Source of the DNA: Longivirga aurantiaca
GTDB lineage: Bacteria; Actinomycetota; Actinomycetes; S36-B12; CAIYMF01
Assembly: GCF_042660085.1 (NCBI RefSeq)
Contig: NZ_JBHSTI010000008.1
Coordinates: forward strand, 1,329,876 to 1,361,875
Direction: 5' to 3'
DNA length: 32,000 bases
The position numbers and the translations under genes are program-made. Every line of letters starts with the position of its first letter. Position 1 is the stretch's first letter. The notes under the pieces were generated by a model. The model saw only the letters and a program-made list of their open reading frames with translations, ran no database searches and was not told the DNA's origin. Shown one piece after another: positions 1 to 9,412 of this stretch.

Positions 1-1
1 C

Positions 2-1243
2 GAGCCGATGACTCTGCGCAGCGACTGCACGCCCCAGGATCTCGCCCGCGCTCTGGCCGCGGTGCTCGACGACCCTGCGGTCGACTCGGTGGTCGTGTCG
101 CACGTGCCGACGCTCGGCCACGACGGCCGGGCCTGGGAGCGGGTCGTCGCCGAGACCGTGGTGCGCGGGGCAAAGCCGGTCGTGGCGGTGCTCGTGGCCG
201 CGGAGGAGGAGAGCGGGCTGCTGGCCACGCCGGAGGGCGAGGCCGCGGATCTCGCGATGCCCGAGCACGGGTCGGTCCCGTTCTACGGCACCGTCGAGGA
301 CGCCGTGCGCGCGCTGCGCCGGGTCACGCGGTACGCCGAGTGGCGCGCACGACCGCTGGGCGACCTGCCCGAGTTCTCCGACATCGACCACAAGCGGGCG
401 CGCGCGATCGTGGACCAGCTCGTGGGCGAGGAGCTCGACTCCGCTGAGGGCCCGGTGCCCAGCCTCACCGGCCGCGGCAGGGCGGGCGGCGGGCCCGCGG
501 CCACCACGAACACCGCGCACGTGGACGACGACCCGGACGAGGTCGTGCTGTACGCCGAGGACCCCGACGACGACCTCACGCTGCTCCTCGAGCAGTACGG
601 CATCCCGGTGTGGCCGGTGGTCGCCGTGACGAGTGCCGAGCAGGCGGTGGAGGTGGCCGACCGCATCGGCTACCCCGTGGTGCTGAAGACGCTCGACCCG
701 CGCTTCTCCTCGCGCACGGACCTCGGAGGCCTGCGGCTCAACCTCGAGAACGAGCGGGCGGTGCGAACGGCGTTCCGGTCGATGTCGCTGAGCCTCGACC
801 CCGAGGCCGCGGACCGGCTCGTGCTGCAGCACATGGCGACGCCCGGGGTGGCGTGCGTGGTCGGCTCTACCGAGGACCCGCTCTTCGGACCGGTGGTGTC
901 GTTCGGGCTGGCCGGCATGGTGCCCGAGCTGCTCGGCGACCGCGGCTACCGCATCCCGCCGCTCACGGACACCGACGCGCACGACCTCGTCGACGCGCCG
1001 GGGGCCTCGCCGATGCTCAACGGCATCGGGGGCACCGAGCCCGTCGACCACGCCGCGATCGAGGACCTGCTGCTCCGGGTCGGGCAGCTCGCGGACGACG
1101 TGCCCGAGCTCGGCGACCTGCGGCTCGAGCCGGTGGTCGTGGCGGAGGAGGGCCTCGCCGTCCTCGGCGCGCGTGCGGTCCTGCGCAGGCCGCAGGCCCG
1201 TTCGGACGCCGAGGCGCGCCGGCTGGGCGTCGGCGACCTCTAG
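2..1243 (+). CDS. ADP-forming acyl-CoA synthetase / Pat-like protein, C-terminal part (ligase-CoA region plus ATP-grasp); 5' end lies outside the window
   Basis: The frame is open to the window edge. The C-terminal ATP-grasp-like block (GYPVVLKTLDP...GGLRLNL...LVLQHM) and the preceding 'AVLDDPAVDSVVV' block are typical of NDP-forming acetyl-CoA synthetase-like proteins. GC3 is high in this frame. TAG stop at 1241-1243. Confidence 0.7.
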   Translation, partial: EPMTLRSDCTPQDLARALAAVLDDPAVDSVVVSHVPTLGHDGRAWERVVAETVVRGAKPVVAVLVAAEEESGLLATPEGEAADLAMPEHGSVPFYGTVEDAVRALRRVTRYAEWRARPLGDLPEFSDIDHKRARAIVDQLVGEELDSAEGPVPSLTGRGRAGGGPAATTNTAHVDDDPDEVVLYAEDPDDDLTLLLEQYGIPVWPVVAVTSAEQAVEVADRIGYPVVLKTLDPRFSSRTDLGGLRLNLENERAVRTAFRSMSLSLDPEAADRLVLQHMATPGVACVVGSTEDPLFGPVVSFGLAGMVPELLGDRGYRIPPLTDTDAHDLVDAPGASPMLNGIGGTEPVDHAAIEDLLLRVGQLADDVPELGDLRLEPVVVAEEGLAVLGARAVLRRPQARSDAEARRLGVGDL

Positions 1244-1303
1244 GCGGTCCGCTCGGGCCTAACGCAGTGGCACCGTGTCGGGGGTCTCTGATGGACTCGT
1301 GCC

Positions 1304-2602
1304 ATGGACGGCGACGCGGTGCTGGAGCGGCCCGTCTCCATCCGTGAGGTGCTGAACCCGCCGATCATCCGGATGCTCGTCGGCATCGGCTGCTCGGCGC
1401 TCGGCGGCGGCCTCATCATGTCGCTGCTCGTGGTCTACCTCCACCAGGTCCGCGGCCTGCCGCTGCAGCTCGCCGGGCTGGTCCTCACGTTCCAGGCGCT
1501 GCTCGGCCTCGCCTTCTCTCCGCTGGTCGGTCTGGTGGTGGACCGCATCGGTCCCAAGCCCGTGCTGCTCACGGCCCTCGGCATCGAGGCGGTCGGCACC
1601 GTGGCCATCGGGTTCGCGGCGACCGCGCCGCAGGCGTTCCTCGCGGCCGGGATCATGGCCGTGGGCAACGCAGGGCTGTGGGCGCCGCAGGCCGCGATCC
1701 TGTCGCGGCTGACCACGCCAGAACGCCGCCAGCGCGTGTTCGGGCTGCAGTTCATGCTGCTCAACCTCGGCATCGGGCTCGGCGGCCTCGTGGGGGCGGT
1801 CGTCGTCGACGTCGACCGCCCGTGGACCTTCACGGTCCTGTACGCCGCCAACGCGGTGACGTTCCTGGCGTACGCCGTGGCGGTGGCGGGCGTGCGCGGG
1901 GTCAGCGGGCCGGAGGCGCACCCGCCGGAGGAGGGCGAGGACGGCCGGGGCGGCTACCTCCAGGTGCTCTCGGACCGTCGGCTGCGCCGGTACGTCCTCG
2001 GGGCGCTGCTGCTGCTCACCTGCGGCTACGGGTCGATGGAGGTCGGGATCCCGGTGTTCATGACCACCGAGGCCGGCCTGCCGATCAACGCGATCGGCAT
2101 CGTGTTCTTCTTCAACACCCTCGTGATCGTGGTCGCGCAGGTGTGGGTCATCAAGCGCATCGAGGGGCGCTCGCGCTCGAAGGTGCTGCTGCTCGTGGCG
2201 GTGGCGTGGTCGGCGTGCTGGGTGCTGCTCGCGGCATCCTCGCTCGTGAGCGCCGTCGCCGCCGCAGTGGTCATCACGATCGGCGTCAGCATCTTCGCGG
2301 TGGGGGAGACGCTCTGGTCGCCGGTCGCGCCGTCGCTGGTGAACGACTTCGCCGCGCCGCACCTGCGGGGCCGGTACAACGCGGTGGGCGGCCTCGTCTG
2401 GAGCGTCGCCGGCGCGATCGGCCCTGCGTTCGCCGGTGCGCTGCTCGGAGCGGGCCTCGGCGTCCTCTGGGCGCTGCTCGTCGCGGGGGGCGCCCTCATC
2501 GCTGGCCTGGTGCTGCTGTCGCTGCGCCGGCTGCTCACCCCGGCCGAGGACGGCCGGACCGAGCCTGCCGCGTCCGGTGACCCGCTCGGGGTGCGAGGAT
2601 GA
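1304..2602 (+). CDS. MFS transporter
   Basis: 432-aa ORF, hydrophobic throughout with about 12 predicted TM stretches. An MFS-like loop motif (VVDRIGPKPVLL) follows TM2. ATG start, TGA stop. Confidence 0.85.
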   Translation: MDGDAVLERPVSIREVLNPPIIRMLVGIGCSALGGGLIMSLLVVYLHQVRGLPLQLAGLVLTFQALLGLAFSPLVGLVVDRIGPKPVLLTALGIEAVGTVAIGFAATAPQAFLAAGIMAVGNAGLWAPQAAILSRLTTPERRQRVFGLQFMLLNLGIGLGGLVGAVVVDVDRPWTFTVLYAANAVTFLAYAVAVAGVRGVSGPEAHPPEEGEDGRGGYLQVLSDRRLRRYVLGALLLLTCGYGSMEVGIPVFMTTEAGLPINAIGIVFFFNTLVIVVAQVWVIKRIEGRSRSKVLLLVAVAWSACWVLLAASSLVSAVAAAVVITIGVSIFAVGETLWSPVAPSLVNDFAAPHLRGRYNAVGGLVWSVAGAIGPAFAGALLGAGLGVLWALLVAGGALIAGLVLLSLRRLLTPAEDGRTEPAASGDPLGVRG

Positions 2603-2606
2603 GCGC

Positions 2607-3194
2607 ATGTCGAACGACGCCACCCTCGCTCCGCGCCTGCGCGCCGACATCGAGCGCAGCGGCTACTACCCGGAGCTCGTGAGCGACACGCTCGACACCG
2701 CGCTCGCCAACGAGGCGGTCGTGGCGTACGTCGTGCACCACGAGGCCACCTTCGACCACGACGAGCTGCGCCGCCACGTCACCGTGCTCGCGCTCACCCC
2801 GACCCGGCTCATCGTCGGGCACACCGACGAGCACCCGGCCGACGAGACGTCGTCGCACGCGTACGCCACGGCGTCCACCGAGGCCGTGCGGATCGAGCGG
2901 ATCGACTCCGTCGTCGTCACCCGCGTCGCAGCGGACGCCGCCAAGCACAAGAGGGGCGCCCCGGTCCGCGAGGTCGTGCTCACCATCGGGTGGGGCGCCG
3001 TCAGCCGCATCGACCTCGAGCCGGCCTCGTGCGGCGACCCGCAGTGCGATGCCGACCACGGCTACACGGGCACGGCGTCCAACGACGACCTCGCGCTGCG
3101 CGTGTCCGAGGCCGCCGACGGCGCCCCGGTGGTCGCCCAGACGCTGGAGTTCGCCGCGGCCCTGTCCCAGGCGACGGCGCACCGCACCCGCTGA
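2607..3194 (+). CDS. Conserved actinobacterial hypothetical protein (possibly DUF5998 family)
   Basis: ATG at 2607 lies 4 nt after the MFS stop. The listed ORF from 2436 overlaps the MFS gene out of frame, so I take the inner start. The product MSNDATLAPRLRADIERSGYYPELV... has good GC3 bias. The family name is from memory only. Confidence 0.7.
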   Translation: MSNDATLAPRLRADIERSGYYPELVSDTLDTALANEAVVAYVVHHEATFDHDELRRHVTVLALTPTRLIVGHTDEHPADETSSHAYATASTEAVRIERIDSVVVTRVAADAAKHKRGAPVREVVLTIGWGAVSRIDLEPASCGDPQCDADHGYTGTASNDDLALRVSEAADGAPVVAQTLEFAAALSQATAHRTR

Positions 3195-3332
3195 TCGGGG
3201 TGTCCCCGCCCGCGGCCGAGGCCCGGCAGGGATACTGGTGGCCTTCCCCGAGCACGAGCACGTGAGCACCACGTCCGACCCCCGCCCCCGGGCGCCGCTG
3301 GCCGCGGCGTCCGCCGTGCCTCGAGGAGCCGC

Positions 3333-3989
3333 ATGGCCGAGCTGGTCTTCTTCTCCGGGACCATGGACTGCGGCAAGTCCACCCTGGCCCTGCAGACCGA
3401 CCACAACCACGCGGCCCGAGGCCGCGCGGGCATCGTGTTCAGCCGGCTCGACCGGGCGGGGGAGGACACGCTCTCCAGCCGCCTGGGCCTCAAGGTGCCG
3501 GCGGTCGAGGTGTCGGCCGGGACCGACTTCTGGCAGCACGTGACCGACGTCCTCGCGGGCGGCGGCCGCGTCGACTACCTCATCTGCGACGAGGCCCAGT
3601 TCTACGAGCGCGAGCAGGTCGACCAGCTCGCCCGCATCGTCGACGAGCTCTCGATCGACGTCTTCGCCTTCGGCATCCTCACCGACTTCCGCACCGAGCT
3701 GTTCCCGGGGTCGCGGCGCCTCACCGAGCTCGCCGACAAGGTGCAGGTGCTGCAGGTGGAGGCCCTCTGCTGGTGCGGCCGCCGCGCCACGCACAACGCG
3801 CGCACGGTGAACGGCGTGATGGTGGTCGAGGGCGACCAGGTCGTGGTCGGCGACACCTTCAGCGCGGACGTCGTGGCGTACGAGGTGCTCTGCCGGCGCC
3901 ACCACACCCGTCGGATGACGGCCGTGACCTCGATGCACGCCCACATGAGCCCGACCCCGCTGCCCTTCGACGAGCCCGCCCGCGCATGA
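3333..3989 (+). CDS. tdk: Thymidine kinase
   Basis: P-loop FFSGTMDCGKST, the ICDEAQF motif and the C-terminal zinc-binding cysteines (CWCG...CRRHH). GAGGAG RBS upstream of the ATG. Confidence 0.95.
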   Translation: MAELVFFSGTMDCGKSTLALQTDHNHAARGRAGIVFSRLDRAGEDTLSSRLGLKVPAVEVSAGTDFWQHVTDVLAGGGRVDYLICDEAQFYEREQVDQLARIVDELSIDVFAFGILTDFRTELFPGSRRLTELADKVQVLQVEALCWCGRRATHNARTVNGVMVVEGDQVVVGDTFSADVVAYEVLCRRHHTRRMTAVTSMHAHMSPTPLPFDEPARA

Positions 3990-4840
3990 CCTTCCTCGTC
4001 GACGCGGTCGCGCTGGAGGCCGAGCTCGCCTCGGACCGTCCGCCGGTCCTGCTCGACACCCGGTGGAGCCTGTCCGGCCCGCCCGGTCGCGAGGTCTTCG
4101 CCGCGGGCCACCTGCCCGGCGCGGTCTTCGTCGACCTCGACGCGGATCTCGCCTCGCCGCCCGGTCGTGGGGGTCGGCACCCGCTGCCCGATCCCTCCCG
4201 GTTCGCGGCGGCCATGCGCCGGGCCGGTGTCACGCTCGACCGGCCGGTCGTCGTGATGGACGGCCGCGAGGGTTCGCAGGCCGCGCGGATGTGGTGGCTG
4301 CTGCGCCACCACGGCCACGACGACGTACGGCTGCTCGACGGCGGCCTCGCCGCCTGGGCCGACTCCGGGGGAGACGTGGCGACGGGCGAGGTGCTGCCGC
4401 CGTACGGCGACGACGGACCGCCCGACGGCGTGCGCTTCACCGCCGACCTCGCGCGGCTGCCGGTGCTCGACGCGGCCGGCGCGGCCGCGATGGCGCGCGA
4501 CGGCGTGCTGCTCGACGCCCGCGCCGAGGCCCGCTACCTCGGCCGGACCGAGCCCATCGACCCCGTGGCCGGCCACATCCCGGGCGCCGTCTGCTTCCCG
4601 ACCCTCGACCTCGTCGTGCCCGACGGCCGGTTCCTGCCGGCCGACGTGCTGCGCGTGCTGTTCGCGGGTGTCGACGTACGACCGGGCACGCCGGTGGGCG
4701 TCTACTGCGGCTCGGGCGTCACGGCCTCGCACGAGGTGCTGGCGCTCGCCGAGGCGGGCATCGAGGCGGCGCTGTACGCCGGATCCTGGTCCGACTGGAT
4801 CACCGACCCCGCCCGACCCGTCGCCACGACCGAGCGCTAG
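3986..4840 (+). CDS. Thiosulfate/3-mercaptopyruvate sulfurtransferase (tandem rhodanese domains)
   Basis: Its ATG overlaps the tdk stop (ATGA at 3986-3989). Two rhodanese-like halves and the active-site loop YCGSGVTA near the C-terminus. Confidence 0.9.
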   Translation: MTFLVDAVALEAELASDRPPVLLDTRWSLSGPPGREVFAAGHLPGAVFVDLDADLASPPGRGGRHPLPDPSRFAAAMRRAGVTLDRPVVVMDGREGSQAARMWWLLRHHGHDDVRLLDGGLAAWADSGGDVATGEVLPPYGDDGPPDGVRFTADLARLPVLDAAGAAAMARDGVLLDARAEARYLGRTEPIDPVAGHIPGAVCFPTLDLVVPDGRFLPADVLRVLFAGVDVRPGTPVGVYCGSGVTASHEVLALAEAGIEAALYAGSWSDWITDPARPVATTER

Positions 4841-4850
4841 CGCCTCACGC

Positions 4851-4892
4851 ACGCAGGTGCCAGAAAGCCCTGGTGGTTTCTGGCACCTGCGT
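4851..4892. terminator. Bidirectional stem-loop terminator between convergent genes
   Basis: Perfect 16-bp inverted repeat ACGCAGGTGCCAGAAA / TTTCTGGCACCTGCGT with a 10-nt loop. It sits between the sulfurtransferase stop (4840) and the sepH stop (4916). Confidence 0.75.
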
Positions 4893-4915
4893 GGGTGAGA
4901 CAGGCGTGGCGGGGA

Positions 4916-5866
4916 TCAGCTCTCGGGGTCGCGGGCGCCGAAGAGGATCTCGTCCCAGCTCGGCACGCTGGCGCGCGGCTTGCTGCCCTTCTGGGCGTCG
5001 CCGACCGGGGGCGGGGTCTCGCGGGCGGCCTTGCGGCGGGCGCGGCGGGTCTGGCGGTTATCCGGGCGCTTGAGGCCAGGGAGAGTGTCGTAGAGGTCGT
5101 GCAGCGGCGACTCGTCCTCGGGCTCGATCGGCGGACGGTCCATGAGGTCGACGACGTCGGCGCTCGGCTCGTTCTCGACGATCGCGCTGAAGGCGGCGTC
5201 GGGGTCGACGTCCTCGTCGTCCCAGTGGTCGACGTCGTCAGCGCTCGGCAGGCCCACGAGGAACGGCCGGCCGTCGACGTTCACCTCCTCCGTAGCACGC
5301 TCGCCGAGCAGCCATGCGCTGGCGGTGTCGTCGGCCGACAGGGTGCGGACGCTGTTGTCGTAGATCCAGAGCGCGGCGGTGGCGCCGACGGCGACGGACT
5401 GGCGCGGCTCCCAGGAGGCGAGGACCGACCAGGTGCCGTCCTCGCGGCGCCAGGCGTCCCACTCGAGGGTGCCGGCGTCGACGCCGCCGCTCTCGAGCGC
5501 GGCCGCGACCGTCTCCTCGAGCGTGGCGGAGGTGCCGGCGGTGCGGAGCTCGGTGGAGCGGGCCTGGCCGGCCATGTGCTCGCGCTCGGCGAGCACCGGG
5601 CCGGCGAAGCGCATGACCCGCTCGACCGTGAGGCCGGAGGTCGCGGCGATGTCGTCGGGGGTCTGCCCGTGGCGCACCCGCATCTGGATGTCGCGGGGCG
5701 AGGTGCCGTCGAGCGCGATCTCGAGCTGGCCGAGGCGGCTCTTGTCGCGGCGGACGGCGGCCTCGAGCCGCTCGTCGCAGGGGACGGTGTAGCGCGTGCC
5801 GTCGGTGCTGCTGAGCACCAGGCTCGAGCCGTCCTCGCTGAGCCCGACGAACGCAAGGTCGCGCAT
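4916..5866 (-). CDS. sepH: Septation protein SepH (DUF3071 family, helix-turn-helix)
   Basis: N-terminus MRDLAFVGLSEDGSSLVL...RYTVPCDERL and the segment SPRDIQMRVRHGQTPDDIAATSGLTVERVMRFAGPVLAERE match the DUF3071/SepH pattern as I recall it. I chose the ATG at 5866 because an AGGAGG RBS lies 5 nt upstream on the minus strand. The listed ORF extends to 5950. Confidence 0.8.
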   Translation of the reverse strand: MRDLAFVGLSEDGSSLVLSSTDGTRYTVPCDERLEAAVRRDKSRLGQLEIALDGTSPRDIQMRVRHGQTPDDIAATSGLTVERVMRFAGPVLAEREHMAGQARSTELRTAGTSATLEETVAAALESGGVDAGTLEWDAWRREDGTWSVLASWEPRQSVAVGATAALWIYDNSVRTLSADDTASAWLLGERATEEVNVDGRPFLVGLPSADDVDHWDDEDVDPDAAFSAIVENEPSADVVDLMDRPPIEPEDESPLHDLYDTLPGLKRPDNRQTRRARRKAARETPPPVGDAQKGSKPRASVPSWDEILFGARDPES

Positions 5867-5974
5867 CGGTCCTCCTGCCGTCCGGGCACCCGTCCCGGGC
5901 GCTGCCTCGTCAGTCTCGCCCGAGGAGGGCCCCGCGTCGAGGACCGCCACGCGGCCCGATGCCCCGATCGGGTC

Positions 5975-7207
5975 TCAGACGGGGTCTCCGTGGGCGTCCA
6001 CGCCGTTGTCGGAGTCGGCACCCGCGAGCGAGCGCACGAGGTACGGCGTCCCCGCGGCACCGATGAGCGCCGCCATGATCGACGAGACCACGAGCACCCA
6101 GTAGGCCGTGGACGCGCCGTACGCGTCGATGATCGGTCCCGAGACCGAGGTGCCGGTGGCGAAGCCGACGGTGAGCCCGGCCATCACCACGGTGAGCCCC
6201 TCGGTGAGCCGCTGCGACGGCACGAGCCGCTCGACCAGCGCGAAGCCGGTGATGAGGCTGGGCGCCACTGCGAAGCCCGCGACGAAGGCGGCGACGCCGA
6301 GGAGCGCAGGCGACCCGATGAACGGGAACGGCACGGAGACGAGGGCGACGAGCAGGAGGTAGGTGCGGAACTGCGTGGGCAGCGGTGTGCGCAGGTGCAG
6401 CGCGCCCAGGGTGAGGCCTGCGATTCCGGAGCCGAGCGCGTAGAGGGCCAGGAGCAGACCGGTCCAGCCGCGCACGTCGTACTCCGCAGCGAACGCGACA
6501 GTGACCACCTCGGACGAGCCGAACACCGAGCCGACGAAGAAGAAGACGCCCACGATGAGGGGGACGCCGGCGTACCGGATCGCAGCCCGCCCGCCCACGT
6601 GCGCGTTGCCGGCGGCCGGCGGCTCGGTGGCGCGCAGCGGCGCGAGCAGGAGGGCGCCGATCGTGAGCAGCACGATGCTCGCGCCGATGGCGCCCCAGGT
6701 GACGAGCGAGATGGCGAGCAGCGTGGCCAGCGGGGGACCGGCGACGAACACGACCTCGTCGACGACGGACTCGAACGCGAACGCCGTGCGCACGTCCTTC
6801 GGCTCGTCGAGCACGTGCGCCCACCGGGCGCGGGCGAGCGACCCGAAGTTGGGCACCAGCGCCTCGCCGATCGCGAACGAGACGAACCATGTCCACACGG
6901 GGGCGTCGACCAGCACCAGCACGACGAACGTCAGCTGAAGCGTGACCGCGCCGGTGACGACCAGCGGCAGCACCCGGTGCTGGCTGTAGCGGTCGATGTA
7001 GCGCGCGACGAACGGGCCGACGAGCGCGTTCGCGAGCGCACCGGTCGCCGACACGGCGGCGGCCACGGTGTACGACTCGCCGCGCAGTGTGAGGAAGAGC
7101 ACCACGCCGAGGCCGAGCATCGACATCGGCAGCCGCGCCACGAACGCCGCGAAGCTGAACCGGAACGTGCCGGGGCGACGCAGGAGGTCGAGGTACGGGC
7201 GCAGCAC
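5975..7207 (-). CDS. MFS transporter
   Basis: 410-aa hydrophobic ORF with about 12 TM segments and an MFS-like loop (ARYIDRYSQHRVL). Confidence 0.85.
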   Translation of the reverse strand: MLRPYLDLLRRPGTFRFSFAAFVARLPMSMLGLGVVLFLTLRGESYTVAAAVSATGALANALVGPFVARYIDRYSQHRVLPLVVTGAVTLQLTFVVLVLVDAPVWTWFVSFAIGEALVPNFGSLARARWAHVLDEPKDVRTAFAFESVVDEVVFVAGPPLATLLAISLVTWGAIGASIVLLTIGALLLAPLRATEPPAAGNAHVGGRAAIRYAGVPLIVGVFFFVGSVFGSSEVVTVAFAAEYDVRGWTGLLLALYALGSGIAGLTLGALHLRTPLPTQFRTYLLLVALVSVPFPFIGSPALLGVAAFVAGFAVAPSLITGFALVERLVPSQRLTEGLTVVMAGLTVGFATGTSVSGPIIDAYGASTAYWVLVVSSIMAALIGAAGTPYLVRSLAGADSDNGVDAHGDPV

Positions 7208-7265
7208 CCCGTGACGCTATCGACCGGGAGTGCGTGCCGACGAATCCGTTGCAAGGATCGGTGTC

Positions 7266-8354
7266 GTGACCCTCACCGGACCCCGTGGCTCGTACGACGC
7301 CCTCCTCCTCGTCTCGTTCGGCGGCCCGGAGGGCCCGGACGACGTCGTGCCGTTCCTCGAGAACGTCACGCGCGGCCGCGGGATCCCGCGCGAGCGCCTC
7401 GTCGAGGTGGGTGCGCACTACACGGCGTTCGGCGGCGTCTCGCCGATCAACCAGCAGAACCGGGACCTCCTCGCAGCGCTGCGCGCCGACCTCGCCGGCG
7501 CGGGCGTCGACCTGCCCGTCTACTGGGGCAACCGCAACTGGGACCCCTACCTCGCCGACGCGCTCCGCGAGATGCGCGACGACGGCATCACCTCGGCGAT
7601 CTGCCTCATGACGAGCGCCTACTCGTCGTACTCCGGCTGCCGCCAGTACCGCGAGAACCTCGCGGACGCCGTCGCCGAGGTGGAGGCCGACGGCCAGGGC
7701 CCGGCTCCGCGCCTGGACAAGCTCAGGCACTTCTTCGACCACCCCGGGTTCGTCGACCCGATGGTCGACTCGGTCGTCGCCTGCGTCGAGCGGCTCGCGG
7801 CGGACGGCGTCGCGTCGCCGCGCCTCGTGTTCACCACGCACTCCATCCCGACGGCGTCCGCCGACACCTCGGGCCCCGAGGGCGGGGCGTACGTCGCCCA
7901 GCACCGCGAGGTCGCGGCGCTCGTCGCGGCCGCGGCGGCGCGACGGGTCGAGGTGCAGGAGGGTTGGGACCTCGTCTACCAGTCGCGGTCCGGCGCCCCG
8001 CAGATCCCGTGGCTCGAGCCCGACATCAGCGACCACCTGGCGGCGCTGAGGTCCGATGGCGTGCCCGGCGTGGTGATCGTGCCTATCGGCTTCGTGAGCG
8101 ACCACATGGAGGTCGTGTGGGACCTCGACACCGTGGCGCTCGAGGACGCCAGGGCGCTGGGCCTCCCTGCGCTGCGATCGGCGACGGTGGGCACCGACCC
8201 GCGGTTCGTCGCGATGGTGCGCGAGCTCGTCCTCGAGCGGGTGGGAGCTGCCGAGCCGCGGTCCCTGTCGCCGCTCGGCCCGATGCACGACGTCTGCCCC
8301 GGCACCTGCTGCCCCAACCCTCGCGGGGAGCGGCCGGCGCTGTGCCAGATGTGA
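7266..8354 (+). CDS. hemH: Ferrochelatase (actinobacterial coproporphyrin ferrochelatase type with C-terminal Cys cluster)
   Basis: [44 protein letters not shown] and [16 protein letters not shown] are ferrochelatase signatures. The C-terminal CPGTCCPNP...C plus an internal Cys fit [2Fe-2S]-type enzymes. I prefer the GTG at 7266 (AAGGA RBS 8 nt upstream). An in-frame GTG at 7230 is the alternative. Confidence 0.9.
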   Translation: MTLTGPRGSYDALLLVSFGGPEGPDDVVPFLENVTRGRGIPRERLVEVGAHYTAFGGVSPINQQNRDLLAALRADLAGAGVDLPVYWGNRNWDPYLADALREMRDDGITSAICLMTSAYSSYSGCRQYRENLADAVAEVEADGQGPAPRLDKLRHFFDHPGFVDPMVDSVVACVERLAADGVASPRLVFTTHSIPTASADTSGPEGGAYVAQHREVAALVAAAAARRVEVQEGWDLVYQSRSGAPQIPWLEPDISDHLAALRSDGVPGVVIVPIGFVSDHMEVVWDLDTVALEDARALGLPALRSATVGTDPRFVAMVRELVLERVGAAEPRSLSPLGPMHDVCPGTCCPNPRGERPALCQM

Positions 8355-8408
8355 CGGGACGGGTCTGACGGGCCGGGTCTGGCGGGCCAGGTCTGACAGG
8401 ATCGCGGC

Positions 8409-9236
8409 ATGGACATCGAGTACGACCCCCTCCTGCTCGACGAGCTGCACGACCTCGCCATCGCTGCTGCACGGGAGGCGGGCGCGCTGGTCCTCGAGGG
8501 CCGGCGCGGCCGGATCGAGGTCGCGGCCACGAAGTCCAGCGCCACCGACGTCGTCACCGAGATGGACCGCCACTGCGAGGCGCTCCTCGTCGACCGCCTG
8601 CTGTCCCAGCGCCCCGACGACGGCGTGCTCGGGGAGGAGGGCTCGTCCCACATCGGCTCGACCGGTGTCCGCTGGGTGCTCGACCCCATCGACGGCACCG
8701 TCAACTACCTCTACGGCCTGCCCGAGTGGGGCGTGTCGGTGGCGGCCGAGATCGACGGGATCGTCGTCGTCGGGGTGGTCGAGGTGCCGGCCCTGGGGGA
8801 GTCGTACGTCGCGGTGGTCGGCCGCGGCGCACGCCTGCACGACCGGTACGGCGTGCACGACCTCCGGGTGAACGATCCGGTGCCGCTCGCGCAGGCGCTC
8901 GTGGCGACCGGCTTCGGCTACCGGGTCGAGCGGCGGGTGGCCCAGGCACGCGTCGTCGAGCAGGTCGTCCCGCGGGTGCGCGACATCCGGCGCGGAGGCG
9001 CCTGCAGCGTCGACCTCTGCTCGGTCGCGGCCGGTCGGGTGGATGCGTACTACGAGCGCGGGCCCATGGCCTGGGACCTCGCGGCGGGCGGCCTCGTCGC
9101 CACCGAGGCGGGCGCGCGGCTCGAGGGGCTGCGCGGCGCGCAGGCCGGCGAGGACCTCATCGTCGCAGCCGGTCCGGCACTGTTCCCCGAGCTGCACGAC
9201 CTGCTGGCAGACCTCCGGGCCGACACGGACGACTAG
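8409..9236 (+). CDS. Inositol monophosphatase family protein (SuhB/ImpA-like)
   Basis: Motifs GEEG, WVLDPIDGTVNY and WDLAAG. Confidence 0.9.
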   Translation: MDIEYDPLLLDELHDLAIAAAREAGALVLEGRRGRIEVAATKSSATDVVTEMDRHCEALLVDRLLSQRPDDGVLGEEGSSHIGSTGVRWVLDPIDGTVNYLYGLPEWGVSVAAEIDGIVVVGVVEVPALGESYVAVVGRGARLHDRYGVHDLRVNDPVPLAQALVATGFGYRVERRVAQARVVEQVVPRVRDIRRGGACSVDLCSVAAGRVDAYYERGPMAWDLAAGGLVATEAGARLEGLRGAQAGEDLIVAAGPALFPELHDLLADLRADTDD

Positions 9237-9412
9237 CGCGGGGTCAGCCTCGCGGCACGAGCGCCGGAGCGAGGAGAGCTCCGTGGCCTGTCCGTGCGCG
9301 CCTGGTCATGACCTGCGCCCCCTTCGTCCAGTCCGGGTGTCGTCGGGCGTGGGCCCGCGTCGTGAACGGGGCTCGTGATCGAGAGCGAGAACTGAGGGTG
9401 GAGAGTGGTGCC

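Noticed and set aside
1259-2650. 463-aa ORF antisense to the first MFS gene; likewise 18139-20019 (626 aa) antisense to the APC permease
   Set aside because: The sense frames encode clear multi-TM transporters. The antisense products are highly charged R/E/D/H-rich strings with no domain signatures.
7230-7265. Earlier GTG start for ferrochelatase
   Set aside because: Not excluded. However, it has no spaced RBS and would leave only 22 nt to the divergent MFS start. The GTG at 7266 has an AAGGA RBS at good spacing.
4895-8368. 1157-aa ORF on the + strand spanning sepH, the MFS gene and hemH
   Set aside because: It runs antisense or out of frame to three well-supported genes. The product is Arg/Gly/Ala/Pro/Asp-rich low-complexity sequence with no motifs. 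Long stop-free frames are expected in very GC-rich DNA.
5910-9197. 1095-aa ORF on the - strand
   Set aside because: Same artefact. It overlaps the MFS gene out of frame and runs antisense to hemH and the IMPase gene. The composition is junk-like.
8726-9412. Upstream extension of the SDR ORF (listed as 8726-10261)
   Set aside because: The extension overlaps the IMPase-family gene out of frame and is Arg/Gly/Pro-rich. The SDR Rossmann motif begins right after the ATG at 9413, which has an RBS.
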